A DNA stretch of 64,000 nucleotides from Bugula neritina (taxonomy: Eukaryota > Animalia > Bryozoa): assembly GCA_964035545.1 (NCBI GenBank), contig CAXIUT010000073.1, positions 248,001 through 312,000 on the forward strand, read 5' to 3'. Numbering within the stretch: position 1 is the stretch's first letter; the number at the start of each line of letters is the position of its first letter. A program made the translations under genes and the position numbers. This document shows positions 10,451 through 25,400 of this stretch, one piece after another. The notes under the pieces are model-generated. The model saw only the letters and a program-made list of their open reading frames with translations, was not told the DNA's origin and did not search any database.

Positions 10451-13400
10451 CATGCGAAATGTGTTATTAAGTTTTAGAGTTGGACCATGGGCCTACAGTA
10501 TACGATTTGAAGCTTTATAGTTTACAGGCAGTGGAGATGAGTCACTGCTGAAACCCATTTTATTAGTAGACTATATTGCTCTTCAATCATCAGTTTTCAT
10601 ATTCAAAGAGAAAGCTCATCTGCAGCGCCATTTCACAGTGTTATATTTTGCTAGAGTAATAACTAATTTTAGATGCCTTTGCAAACATATGAGAAATAAA
10701 TGAGTCATTTTATGAAAAGAGGTGTTTGCAGCAGTTGTCCACTTTTGATTTAGACGCGTCATGGAAACTTTTGTAGTTTTAAATAATATCTCCAAACTCA
10801 TCACTTGCATGTGTTTATATACTTGATAAATTTTTTCATGCAAAACTTGATGCCTGCTTCAAAGACACCAGTGCTTAATTACTGTGTTAACTGTATTGGC
10901 ACGTTGCCATAAGATATTTGGTAATATTTCGCATCACAACAAACTCTTCAGAAAGTTAAGAAAATCAGTCTAGAAAGTTACTGAAATAAACCTACCAGAG
11001 AGAGTAAGCCAGATGTAACAAGTAGATCCAAAACAAGTTGATTAACAATTGAAGTTGAAATCTCCATGTAGTCAACACTTTAGTCCTAATGTCAAATGCA
11101 AACGTCTGCAACCAAACTATGTAGACTTCATGGGCTGGTTAGCTGACAGGACTCATTAAAGTTCTTAACTGTTGTGTGTATAGTGATGCCCTTCTTGAAC
11201 TAGAGAGGGCTGACTGAAGACTGCTACTTTGTGAAAATTGACAATGCATATTATTATTATTCATTGTTGAGATTCACGACTGCCATAAACAATGATAAAA
11301 TATTCATTGTTGGTACTACTGAGTAGAATAAAATATAATATAATATTATTCTCTGGACAGATAAACAATATCAAATGCATAATATAACATTACCATAAAT
11401 CTACGGCGCTTCACATCTTCACCTTTTTCTGCAATGTTATTTCTTTGCAGTTAGAAGTACTAGCTGAATATATGACTATGAAACATAACCCTTCAATTTC
11501 ATTGCACCAGCACCGATTTCAATATAGGTGTGTTGGGAGTTATCTTTCCTAAAGTTTTGTTCTTGGTGTTTATACGAAGCAGACACAGGCTAATATTAGT
11601 TTTGTTATTTGCAAGAGTTTTTCTGTCTGATTGTCCATCAGCAAAAGTTTGCGCCTTGCAGTTATTATGGAAATACCAGTGATGCTGGAAGACCTTTGCA
11701 TTGTACACCCGCCTTTACTATTGAATTTAGATGTTTTATTTTCCCATCCCCTCTCCTGCCCCCCTGTCCCCTCTAACAACCAGCAATCCTGACTCATGTG
11801 AAATGTGTTATTAAGTTTTAGAGTTGGACCATGGGCCGACAGTATACGATTTGAAGCTTTATAGTTTACAGGCAGTGGAGATGAGTCACTGCTGAAACCC
11901 ATTTTATTAGTAGACTATATTGCTCTTCAATCATCAGTTTGCATATTAAAACAGAAAGCTCATCTGCAGCGCCATTTCACAGTGTTAAATTTTGCTAGAG
12001 TAAAAATTAATTTTAGATGCCTTTGCAAACATATGAGAAATAAATGAGTCATTTTATGAAAAGAGGTGTTTGCAGCAGTTGTCCACTTTTGATTTAGACG
12101 CGTCATGGAAACTTTTGTAGTTTTAAATAATATCTCCAAACTCATCACTTGCATGTGTTTATATACTTGATAAAGTTTTTCATGCAAAACTTGATGCCTG
12201 CTTCAAAGACACCAGTGCTTAAAACTGTGTTAACTGTATTGGCACGTTGCCATGAGATATTTGGTTATATTTAGCATCACAACATACTCTTCAGAAAGTT
12301 AAGAAAATCAGTCTATAGAAAGTTAATGAAATAAACCTACCAGAGAGAGTAAGCCAGATGTAACAAGTAGATCCAAAACAAGTTGATTAACAATTGAAGT
12401 TGAATTCTCCATGTAGTGAATACTTTAGTCCTAATGTCAAATGCAAACGTCTGCAACCAAATTGTGTAGACTTCATGAGCTGGTTAGCTGACAGGACTCA
12501 TTAAAGTTCTTAACTGTTGTGTGTATAGTGATGCCCATCTTGAACTAGAGAGGGCTGACGGAAGACTGCTACTTTGTGAAAATTGACAATGCATATTATT
12601 GTTATTCATTGTTGAGATTCACGACTGCCATAAACAATGATAAAATATTCATTGTTGGTACTACTGAGTAGAATAAAATATAATATAATATTATTCTCTG
12701 GACAGATAAACAATATCAAATGCATATTATAACATTACCATAAATCTACGGCGCTTCACATCTTCACTTTTTTCTGCAATGTTATTTCTTTGCAGTTAGA
12801 AGTACTAGCTGAATATATGACTATGAAACATAACCCTTCAATTTCATTGCACCAGCACCGATTTCAATATAGGTGTGTTGGGAGTTATCTTTCCTAAAGT
12901 TTTGTTCTTGGTGTTTATTCGAAGCAGACACAGGCTAATATTAGTTTTGTTATTTGCAAGAGTTTTTCTGTCTGATTGTCCATCAGCAAAAGTTTGCGCC
13001 TTGCAGTTATTATGGAAATACCAGTGATGCTGGAAGACCTTTGCATTGTACACCCGCCTTTACTATTGAATTTAGATGTTTTATTTTCCCATCCCCTCTC
13101 CTGCCCCCCTGTCCCCTCTAACAACCAGCAATCCTGACTCATGTGAAATGTGTTATTAAGTTTTAGAGTTGGACCATGGGCCTACAGTATACGATTTGAA
13201 GCTTTATAGTTTACAGGCAGTGGAGATGAGTCACTGCTGAAACCCATTTTATTAGTAGACTATATTGCTCTTCAATCATCAGTTTTCATATTAAAACAGA
13301 AAGCTCATCTGCAGCGCCATTTCACAGTGTTAAATTTTGCTAGAGTAAAAATTAATTTTAGATATCTTTGCAAACATATGAGAAATAAATGAGTCATTTT

Positions 13401-16400
13401 ATGAAAAGAGGGGTTTGCAGCAGTTGTCCACTTTTGATTTAGACGCGTCATGGAAACTTTTGTAGTTTTAAATAATATCTCCAAACTCATCACTTGCATG
13501 TGTTTATATACTTGATAAAGTTTTTCATGCAAAACTTGATGCCTGCTTCAAAGACACCAGTGCTTAAAACTGTGTTAACTGTATTGGCACGTTGCCATGA
13601 GATATTTGGTTATATTTAGCATCACAACATACTCTTCAGAAAGTTAAGAAAATCAGTCTATAGAAAGTTAATGAAATAAACCTACCAGAGAGAGTAAGCC
13701 AGATGTAACAAGTAGATCCAAAACAAGTTGATTAACAATTGAAGTTGAATTCTCCATGTAGTGAATACTTTAGTCCTAATGTCAAATGCAAACGTCTGCA
13801 ACCAAATTGTGTAGACTTCATGAGCTGGTTAGCTGACAGGACTCATTAAAGTTCTTAACTGTTGTGTGTATAGTGATGCCCATCTTGAACTAGAGAGGGC
13901 TGACGGAAGACTGCTACTTTGTGAAAATTGACAATGCATATTATTATTATTCATTGTTGAGATTCACGACTGCCATAAACAATGATAAAATATTCATTGT
14001 TGGTACTACTGAGTAGAATAAAATATAATATAATATTATTCTCTGGACAGATAAACAATATCAAATGCATATTATAACATTACCATAAATCTACGGCGCT
14101 TCACATCTTCACTTTTTTCTGCAATGTTATTTCTTTGCAGTTAGAAGTACTAGCTGAATATATGACTATGAAACATAACCCTTCAATTTCATTGCACCAG
14201 CACCGATTTCAATATAGGTGTGTTGGGAGTTATCTTTCCTAAAGTTTTGTTCTTGGTGTTTATTCGAAGCAGACACAGGCTAATATTAGTTTTGTTATTT
14301 GCAAGAGTTTTTCTGTCTGATTGTCCATCAGCAAAAGTTTGCGCCTTGCAGTTATTATGGAAATACCAGTGATGCTGGAAGACCTTTGCATTGTACACCC
14401 GCCTTTACTATTGAATTTAGATGTTTTATTTTCCCATCCCCTCTCCTGCCCCCCTGTCCCCTCTAACAACCAGCAATCCTGACTCATGTGAAATGTGTTA
14501 TTAAGTTTTAGAGTTGGACCATGGGCCTACAGTATACGATTTGAAGCTTTATAGTTTACAGGCAGTGGAGATGAGTCACTGCTGAAACCCATTTTATTAG
14601 TAGACTATATTGCTCTTCAATCATCAGTTTGCATATTAAAACAGAAAGCTCATCTGCAGCGCCATTTCACAGTGTTAAATTTTGCTAGAGTAAAAATTAA
14701 TTTTAGATGTCTTTGCAAACATATGAGAAATAAATGAGTCATTTTATGAAAAGAGGGGTTTGCAGCAGTTGTCCACTTTTGATTTAGACGCGTCATGGAA
14801 ACTTTTGTAGTTTTAAATAATATCTCCAAACTCATCACTTGCATGTGTTTATATACTTGATAAAGTTTTTCATGCAAAACTTGATGCCTGCTTCAAAGAC
14901 ACCAGTGCTTAAATACTGTGTTAACTGTATTGGCACGTTGCCATGAGATATTTGGTAATATTTAGCATCACAACATACTCTTCAGAAAGTTAAGAAAATC
15001 AGTCTATAGAAAGTTAATGAAATAAACCTACCAGAGAGAGTAAGCCAGATGTAACAAGTAGATCCAAAACAAGTTGATTAACAATTGAAGTTGAATTCTC
15101 CATGTAGTGAATACTTTAGTCCTAATGTCAAATGCAAACGTCTGCAACCAAATTGTGTAGACTTCATGAGCTGGTTAGCTGACAGGACTCATTAAAGTTC
15201 TTAACTGTTGTGTGTATAGTGATGCCCATCTTGAACTAGAGAGGGCTGACGGAAGACTGCTACTTTGTGAAAATTGACAATGCATATTATTATTATTCAT
15301 TGTTGAGATTCACGACTGCCATAAACAATGATAAAATATTCATTGTTGGTACTACTGAGTAGAATAAAATATAATATAATATTATTCTCTGGACAGATAA
15401 ACAATATCAAATTCATAATATAACATTACCATAAATCTACGGCGCTTCACATCTTCACCTTTTTCTGCAATGTTATTTCTTTGCAGTTAGAAGTACTAGC
15501 TGAATATATGACTATGAAACATAACCCTTCAATTTCATTGCACCAGCACCGATTTCAATATAGGTGTGTTGGGAGTTATCTTTCCTAAAGTTTTGTTCTT
15601 GGTGTTTATACGAAGCAGACACAGGCTAATATTAGTTTTGTTATTTGCAAGAGTTTTTCTGTCTGATTGTCCATCAGCAAAAGTTTGCGCCTTGCAGTTA
15701 TTATGGAAATACCAGTGATGCTGGAAGACCTTTGCATTGTACACCCGCCTTTACTATTGAATTTAGATGTTTTATTTTCCCATCCCCTCTCCTGCCCCCC
15801 TGTCCCCTCTAACAACCAGCAATCCTGACTCATGTGAAATGTGTTATTAAGTTTTAGAGTTGGACCATGGGCCTACAGTATACGATTTGAAGCTTTATAG
15901 TTTACAGGCAGTGGAGATGAGTCACTGCTGAAACCCATTTTATTAGTAGACTATATTGCTCTTCAATCATCAGTTTGCATATTAAAACAGAAAGCTCATC
16001 TGCAGCGCCATTTCACAGTGTTAAATTTTGCTAGAGTAAAAATTAATTTTAGATGTCTTTGCAAACATATGAGAAATAAATGAGTCATTTTATGAAAAGA
16101 GGGGTTTGCAGCAGTTGTCCACTTTTGATTTAGACGCGTCATGGAAACTTTTGTAGTTTTAAATAATATCTCCAAACTCATCACTTGCATGTGTTTATAT
16201 ACTTGATAAAGTTTTTCATGCAAAACTTGATGCCTGCTTCAAAGACACCAGTGCTTAAAACTGTGTTAACTGTATTGGCACGTTGCCATGAGATATTTGG
16301 TTATATTTAGCATCACAACATACTCTTCAGAAAGTTAAGAAAATCAGTCTATAGAAAGTTAATGAAATAAACCTACCAGAGAGAGTAAGCCAGATGTAAC

Positions 16401-19400
16401 AAGTAGATCCAAAACAAGTTGATTAACAATTGAAGTTGAATTCTCCATGTAGTGAATACTTTAGTCCTAATGTCAAATGCAAACGTCTGCAACCAAATTG
16501 TGTAGACTTCATGAGCTGGTTAGCTGACAGGACTCATTAAAGTTCTTAACTGTTGTGTGTATAGTGATGCCCATCTTGAACTAGAGAGGGCTGACGGAAG
16601 ACTGCTACTTTGTGAAAATTGACAATGCATATTATTATTATTCATTGTTGAGATTCACGACTGCCATAAACAATGATAAAATATTCATTGTTGGTACTAC
16701 TGAGTAGAATAAAATATAATATAATATTATTCTCTGGACAGATAAACAATATCAAATGCATATTATAACATTACCATAAATCTACGGCGCTTCACATCTT
16801 CACTTTTTTCTGCAATGTTATTTCTTTGCAGTTAGAAGTACTAGCTGAATATATGACTATGAAACATAACCCTTCAATTTCATTGCACCAGCACCGATTT
16901 CAATATAGGTGTGTTGGGAGTTATCTTTCCTAAAGTTTTGTTCTTGGTGTTTATTCGAAGCAGACACAGGCTAATATTAGTTTTGTTATTTGCAAGAGTT
17001 TTTCTGTCTGATTGTCCATCAGCAAAAGTTTGCGCCTTGCAGTTATTATGGAAATACCGGTGATGCTGGAAGACCTTTGCATTGTACACCCGCCTTTACT
17101 ATTGAATTTAGATGTTTTATTTTCCCATCCGCTCTCCTGCCCCCCTGTCCCCTCTAACAACCAGCAATCCTGACTCATGTGAAATGTGTTATTAAGTTTT
17201 AGAGTTGGACCATGGGCCTACAGTATACGATTTGAAGCTTTATAGTTTACAGGCAGTGGAGATGAGTCACTGCTGAAACCCATTTTATTAGTAGACTATA
17301 TTGCTCTTCAATCATCAGTTTGCATATTAAAACAGAAAGCTCATCTGCAGCGCCATTTCACAGTGTTAAATTTTGCTAGAGTAAAAATTAATTTTAGATG
17401 CCTTTGCAAACATATGAGAAATAAATGAGTCATTTTATGAAAAGAGGTGTTTGCAGCAGTTGTCCACTTTTGATTTAGACGCGTCATGGAAACTTTTGTA
17501 GTTTTAAATAATATCTCCAAACTCATCACTTGCATGTGTTTATATACTTGATAAAGTTTTTCATGCAAAACTTGATGCCTGCTTCAAAGACACCAGTGCT
17601 TAATTACTGTGTTAACTGTATTGGCACGTTGCCATAAGATATTTGGTAATATTTCGCATCACAACAAACTCTTCAGAAAGTTAAGAAAATCAGTCTAGAA
17701 AGTTACTGAAATAAACCTACCAGAGAGAGTAAGCCAGATGTAACAAGTAGATCCAAAACAAGTTGATTAACAATTGAAGTTGAAATCTCCATGTAGTCAA
17801 CACTTTAGTCCTAATGTCAAATGCAAACGTCTGCAACCAAACTATGTAGACTTCATGGGCTGGTTAGCTGACAGGACTCATTAAAGTTCTTAACTGTTGT
17901 ATGTATAGTGATGCCCTTCTTGAAATAGAGAGGGCTGACTGAAGACTGCTACTTTGTGAAAATTGACAATGCGTATTATTATTATTCATTGTTGAGATTC
18001 ACGACTGCCATAAACAATGATAAAATATTCATTGTTGGTACTACTGAGTAGAATAAAATATAATATAATATTATTCTCTGGACAGATAAACAATATCAAA
18101 TGCATAATATAACATTACCATAAATCTACGGCGCTTCACATCTTCACCTTTTTCTGCAATGTTATTTCTTTGCAGTTAGAAGTACTAGCTGAATATATGA
18201 CTATGAAACATAACCCTTCAATTTCATTGCACCAGCACCGATTTCAATATAGGTGTGTTGGGAGTTATCTTTCCTAAAGTTTTGTTCTTGGTGTTTATAC
18301 GAAGCAGACACAGGCTAATATTAGTTTTGTTATTTGCAAGAGTTTTTCTGTCTGATTGTCCATCAGCAAAAGTTTGCGCCTTCCCGTTATTATGGAAATT
18401 CCAGTGCTGCTGGAAGACCTTTGCATTGTACACCCGCCTTTACTATTGAATTTAGATGTTTTATTTTCCCATCCCCTCTCCTGCCCCCCTGTCCCCTCTA
18501 ACAACCAGCAATCCTGACTCATGCGAAATGTGTTATTAAGTTTTAGAGTTGGACCATGGGCCGACAGTATACGATTTGAAGCTTTATAGTTTACAGGCAG
18601 TGGAGATGAGTCACTGCTGAAACCCATTTTATTAGTAGACTATATTGCTCTTCAATCATCAGTTTTCATATTCAAAGAGAAAGCTCATCTGCAGCGCCAT
18701 TTCACAGTGTTATATTTTGCTAGAGTAATAACTAATTTTAGATGCCTTTGCAAACATATGAGAAATAAATGAGTCATTTTATGAAAAGAGGTGTTTGCAG
18801 CAGTTGTCCACTTTTGATTTAGACGCGTCATGGAAACTTTTGTAGTTTTAAATAATATCTCCAAACTCATCACTTGCATGTGTTTATATACTTGATAAAG
18901 TTTTTCATGCAAAACTTGATGCCTGCTTCAAAGACACCAGTGCTTAATTACTGTGTTAACTGTATTGGCACGTTGCCATAAGATATTTGGTAATATTTCG
19001 CATCACAACAAACTCTTCAGAAAGTTAAGAAAATCAGTCTAGAAAGTTACTGAAATAAACCTACCAGAGAGAGTAAGCCAGATGTAACAAGTAGATCCAA
19101 AACAAGTTGATTAACAATTGAAGTTGAAATCTCCATGTAGTCAACACTTTAGTCCTAATGTCAAATGCAAACGTCTGCAACCAAACTATGTAGACTTCAT
19201 GGGCTGGTTAGCTGACAGGACTCATTAAAGTTCTTAACTGTTGTATGTATAGTGATGCCCTTCTTGAAATAGAGAGGGCTGACTGAAGACTGCTACTTTG
19301 TGAAAATTGACAATGCATATTATTATTATTCATTGTTGAGATTCACGACTGCCATAAACAATGATAAAATATTCATTGTTGGTACTACTGAGTAGAATAA

Positions 19401-22400
19401 AATATAATATAATATTATTCTCTGGACAGATAAACAATATCAAATGCATAATATAACATTACCATAAATCTACGGCGCTTCACATCTTCACCTTTTTCTG
19501 CAATGTTATTTCTTTGCAGTTAGAAGTACTAGCTGAATATATGACTATGAAACATAACCCTTCAATTTCATTGCACCAGCACCGATTTCAATATAGGTGT
19601 GTTGGGAGTTATCTTTCCTAAAGTTTTGTTCTTGGTGTTTATACGAAGCAGACACAGGCTAATATTAGTTTTGTTATTTGCAAGAGTTTTTCTGTCTGAT
19701 TGTCCATCAGCAAAAGTTTGCGCCTTCCCGTTATTATGGAAATTCCAGTGCTGCTGGAAGACCTTTGCATTGTACACCCGCCTTTACTATTGAATTTAGA
19801 TGTTTTATTTTCCCATCCCCTCTCCTGCCCCCCTGTCCCCTCTAACAACCAGCAATCCTGACTCATGCGAAATGTGTTATTAAGTTTTAGAGTTGGACCA
19901 TGGGCCGACAGTATACGATTTGAAGCTTTATAGTTTACAGGCAGTGGAGATGAGTCACTGCTGAAACCCATTTTATTAGTAGACTATATTGCTCTTCAAT
20001 CATCAGTTTTCATATTCAAAGAGAAAGCTCATCTGCAGCGCCATTTCACAGTGTTATATTTTGCTAGAGTAATAACTAATTTTAGATGCCTTTGCAAACA
20101 TATGAGAAATAAATGAGTCATTTTATGAAAAGAGGTGTTTGCAGCAGTTGTCCACTTTTGATTTAGACGCGTCATGGAAACTTTTGTAGTTTTAAATAAT
20201 ATCTCCAAACTCATCACTTGCATGTGTTTATATACTTGATAAAGTTTTTCATGCAAAACTTGATGCCTGCTTCAAAGACACCAGTGCTTAAAACTGTGTT
20301 AACTGTATTGGCACGTTGCCATGAGATATTTGGTTATATTTAGCATCACAACATACTCTTCAGAAAGTTAAGAAAATCAGTCTATAGAAAGTTAATGAAA
20401 TAAACCTACCAGAGAGAGTAAGCCAGATGTAACAAGTAGATCCAAAACAAGTTGATTAACAATTGAAGTTGAATTCTCCATGTAGTGAATACTTTAGTCC
20501 TAATGTCAAATGCAAACGTCTGCAACCAAATTGTGTAGACTTCATGAGCTGGTTAGCTGACAGGACTCATTAAAGTTCTTAACTCTTGTGTGTATAGTGA
20601 TGCCCATCTTGAACTAGAGAGGGCTGACGGAAGACTGCTACTTTGTGAAAATTGACAATGCATATTATTATTATTCATTGTTGAGATTCACGACTGCCAT
20701 AAACAATGATAAAATATTCATTGTTGGTACTACTGAGTAGAATAAAATATAATATAATATTATTCTCTGGACAGATAAACAATATCAAATGCATATTATA
20801 ACATTACCATAAATCTACGGCGCTTCACATCTTCACCTTTTTCTGCAATGTTATTTCTTTGCAGTTAGAAGTACTAGCTGAATATATGACTATGAAACAT
20901 AACCCTTCAATTTCATTGCACCAGCACCGATTTCAATATAGGTGTGTTGGGAGTTATCTTTCCTAAAGTTTTGTTCTTGGTGTTAATTCGAAGCAGACAC
21001 AGGCTAATATTAGTTTTGTTATTTGCAAGAGTTTTTCTGTCTGATTGTCCATCAGCAAAAGTTTGCGCCTTGCAGTTATTATGGAAATACCAGTGATGCT
21101 GGAAGACCTTTGCATTGTACACCCGCCTTTACTATTGAATTTAGATGTTTTATTTTCCCATCCCCTCTCCTGCCCCCCTGTCCCCTCTAACAGCCAGCAA
21201 TCCTGACTCATGCGAAATGTGTTATTAAGTTTTAGAGTTGGACCATGGGCCTACAGTATACGATTTGAAGCTTTATAGTTTACAGGCAATGGAGATGAGT
21301 CACTGCTGAAACCCATTTTATTAGTAGACTATATTGCTCTTCAATCATCAGTTTGCATATTAAAACAGAAAGCTCATCTGCAGCGCCATTTCACAGTGTT
21401 AAATTTTGCTAGAGTAAAAATTAATTTTAGATGCCTTTGCAAACATATGAGAAATAAATGAGTCATTTTATGAAAAGAGGTGTTTGCAGCAGTTGTCGAC
21501 TTTTGATTTAGACGCGTCATGGAAACTTTTGTAGTTTTAAATAATATCTCCAAACTCATCACTTGCATGTGTTTATATACTTGATAAAGTTTTTCATGCA
21601 AAACTTGATGCCTGCTTCAAAGACACCAGTGCTTAAATACTGTGTTAACTGTATTGGCACGTTGCCATGAGATATTTGGTAATATTTAGCATCACAACAT
21701 ACTCTTCAGAAAGTTAAGAAAATCAGTCTATAGAAAGTTAATGAAATAAACCTACCAGAGAGAGTAAGCCAGATGTAACAAGTAGATCCAAAACAAGTTG
21801 ATTAACAATTGAAGTTGAATTCTCCATGTAGTGAATACTTTAGTCCTAATGTCAAATGCAAACGTCTGCAACCAAATTGTGTAGACTTCATGAGCTGGTT
21901 AGCTGACAGGACTCATTAAAGTTCTTAACTCTTGTGTGTATAGTGATGCCCATCTTGAACTAGAGAGGGCTGACGGAAGACTGCTACTTTGTGAAAATTG
22001 ACAATGCATATTATTATTATTCATTGTTGAGATTCACGACTGCCATAAACAATGATAAAATATTCATTGTTGGTACTACTGAGTAGAATAAAATATAATA
22101 TAATATTATTCTCTGGACAGATAAACAATATCAAATGCATATTATAACATTACCATAAATCTACGGCGCTTCACATCTTCACCTTTTTCTGCAATGTTAT
22201 TTCTTTGCAGTTAGAAGTACTAGCTGAATATATGACTATGAAACATAACCCTTCAATTTCATTGCACCAGCACCGATTTCAATGTAGGTGTGTTGGGAGT
22301 TATCTTTCCTAAATTTTTGTTCTTGGCAATTATACGAAACAGACACAGGCTAATATTAGTTTTGTTATTTGCAAGAGTTTTTCTGTCTGATTGTCCATCA

Positions 22401-25400
22401 GCAAAAGTTTGCGCCTTCCCGTTATTATGGAAATTCCAGTGCTGCTGGAAGACCTTTGCATTGTACACCCGCCTTTACTATTGAATTTAGATGTTTTATT
22501 TTCCCATCCCCTCTCCTGCCCCCCTGTCCCCTCTAACAACCAGCAATCCTGACTCATGCGAAATGTGTTATTAAGTTTTAGAGTTGGACCATGGGCCGAC
22601 AGTATACGATTTGAAGCTTTATAGTTTACAGGCAGTGGAGATGAGTCACTGCTGAAACCCATTTTATTAGTAGACTATATTGCTCTTCAATCATCAGTTT
22701 TCATATTCAAAGAGAAAGCTCATCTGCAGCGCCATTTCACAGTGTTATATTTTGCTAGAGTAATAACTAATTTTAGATGCCTTTGCAAACATATGAGAAA
22801 TAAATGAGTCATTTTATGAAAAGAGGTGTTTGCAGCAGTTGTCCACTTTTGATTTAGACGCGTCATGGAAACTTTTGTAGTTTTAAATAATATCTCCAAA
22901 CTCATCACTTGCATGTGTTTATATACTTGATAAAGTTTTTCATGCAAAACTTGATGCCTGCTTCAAAGACACCAGTGCTTAAAACTGTGTTAACTGTATT
23001 GGCACGTTGCCATGAGATATTTGGTTATATTTAGCATCACAACATACTCTTCAGAAAGTTAAGAAAATCAGTCTATAGAAAGTTAATGAAATAAACCTAC
23101 CAGAGAGAGTAAGCCAGATGTAACAAGTAGATCCAAAACAAGTTGATTAACAATTGAAGTTGAATTCTCCATGTAGTGAATACTTTAGTCCTAATGTCAA
23201 ATGCAAACGTCTGCAACCAAATTGTGTAGACTTCATGAGCTGGTTAGCTGACAGGACTCATTAAAGTTCTTAACTCTTGTGTGTATAGTGATGCCCATCT
23301 TGAACTAGAGAGGGCTGACGGAAGACTGCTACTTTGTGAAAATTGACAATGCATATTATTATTATTCATTGTTGAGATTCACGACTGCCATAAACAATGA
23401 TAAAATATTCATTGTTGGTACTACTGAGTAGAATAAAATATAATATAATATTATTCTCTGGACAGATAAACAATATCAAATGCATATTATAACATTACCA
23501 TAAATCTACGGCGCTTCACATCTTCACCTTTTTCTGCAATGTTATTTCTTTGCAGTTAGAAGTACTAGCTGAATATAAGACTATGAAACATAACCCTTCA
23601 ATTTCATTGCACCAGCACCGATTTCAATATAGGTGTGTTGGGAGTTATCTTTCCTAAAGTTTTGTTCTTGGTGTTTATTCGAAGCAGACACAGGCTAATA
23701 TTAGTTTTGTTATTTGCAAGAGTTTTTCTGTCTGATTGTCCATCAGCAAAAGTTTGCGCCTTGCTGTTATTATGGAAATACCAGTGATGCTGGAAGACCT
23801 TTGCATTGTACACCCGCCTTTACTATTGAATTTAGATGTTTTATTTTCCCATCCGCTCTCCTGCCCCCCTGTCCCCTCTAACAACCAGCAATCCTGACTC
23901 ATGTGAAATGTGTTATTAAGTTTTAGAGTTGGACCATGGGCCTACAGTATACGATTTGAAGCTTTATAGTTTACAGGCAGTGGAGATGAGTCACTGCTGA
24001 AACCCATTTTATTAGTAGACTATATTGCTCTTCAATCATCAGTTTGCATATTAAAACAGAAAGCTCATCTGCAGCGCCATTTCACAGTGTTAAATTTTGC
24101 TAGAGTAAAAATTAATTTTAGATGTCTTTGCAAACATATGAGAAATAAATGAGTCATTTTATGAAAAGAGGGGTTTGCAGCAGTTGTCCACTTTTGATTT
24201 AGACGCGTCATGGAAACTTTTGTAGTTTTAAATAATATCTCCAAACTCATCACTTGCATGTGTTTATATACTTGATAAAGTTTTTCATGCAAAACTTGAT
24301 GCCTGCTTCAAAGACACCAGTGCTTAAATACTGTGTTAAATGTATTGGCACGTTGCCATGAGATATTTGGTAATATTTAGCATCACAACATACTCTTCAG
24401 AAAGTTAAGAAAATCAGTCTATAGAAAGTTAATGAAATAAACCTACCAGAGAGAGTAAGCCAGATGTAACAAGTAGATCCAAAACAAGTTGATTAACAAT
24501 TGAAGTTGAATTCTCCATGTAGTGAATACTTTAGTCCTAATGTCAAATGCAAACGTCTGCAACCAAGCTATGTAGACTTCATGGGCTGGTTAGCTGACAG
24601 GACTCATTAAAGTTCTTAACTGTTGTGTGTATAGTGATGCCCTTCTTGAAATAGAGAGGGCTGACTGAAGACTGCTACTTTGTGAAAATTGACAATGCAT
24701 ATTATTATTATTCATTGTTGCGATTCACGACTGCCATAAACAATGATAAAATATTCATTGTTGGTACTACTGAGTAGAATAAAATATAATATAATATTAT
24801 TCTCTGGACAGATAAACAATATCAAATGCATAATATAACATTACCATAAATCTACGGCGCTTCACATCTTCACCTTTTTCTGCAATGTTATTTCTTTGCA
24901 GTTAGAAGTACTAGCTGAATATATGACTATGAAACATAACCCTTCAATTTCATTGCACCAGCACCGATTTCAATATAGGTGTGTTGGGAGTTATATTTCC
25001 TAAAGTTTTGTTCTTGGTGTTTATACGAAGCAGACACAGGCTAATATTAGTTTTGTTATTTGCAAGAGTTTTTCTGTCTGATTGTCCATCAGCAAAAGTT
25101 TGCGCCTTGCAGTTATTATGGAAATACCAGTGATGCTGGAAGACCTTTGCATTGTACACCCGCCTTTACTATTGAATTTAGATGTTTTATTTTCCCATCC
25201 CCTCTCCTGCCCCCCTGTCCCCTCTAACAACCAGCAATCCTGACTCATGTGAAATGTGTTATTAAGTTTTAGAGTTGGACCATGGGCCTACAGTATACGA
25301 TTTGAAGCTTTATAGTTTACAGGCAGTGGAGATGAGTCACTGCTGAAACCCATTTTATTAGTAGACTATATTGCTCTTCAATCATCAGTTTGCATATTAA

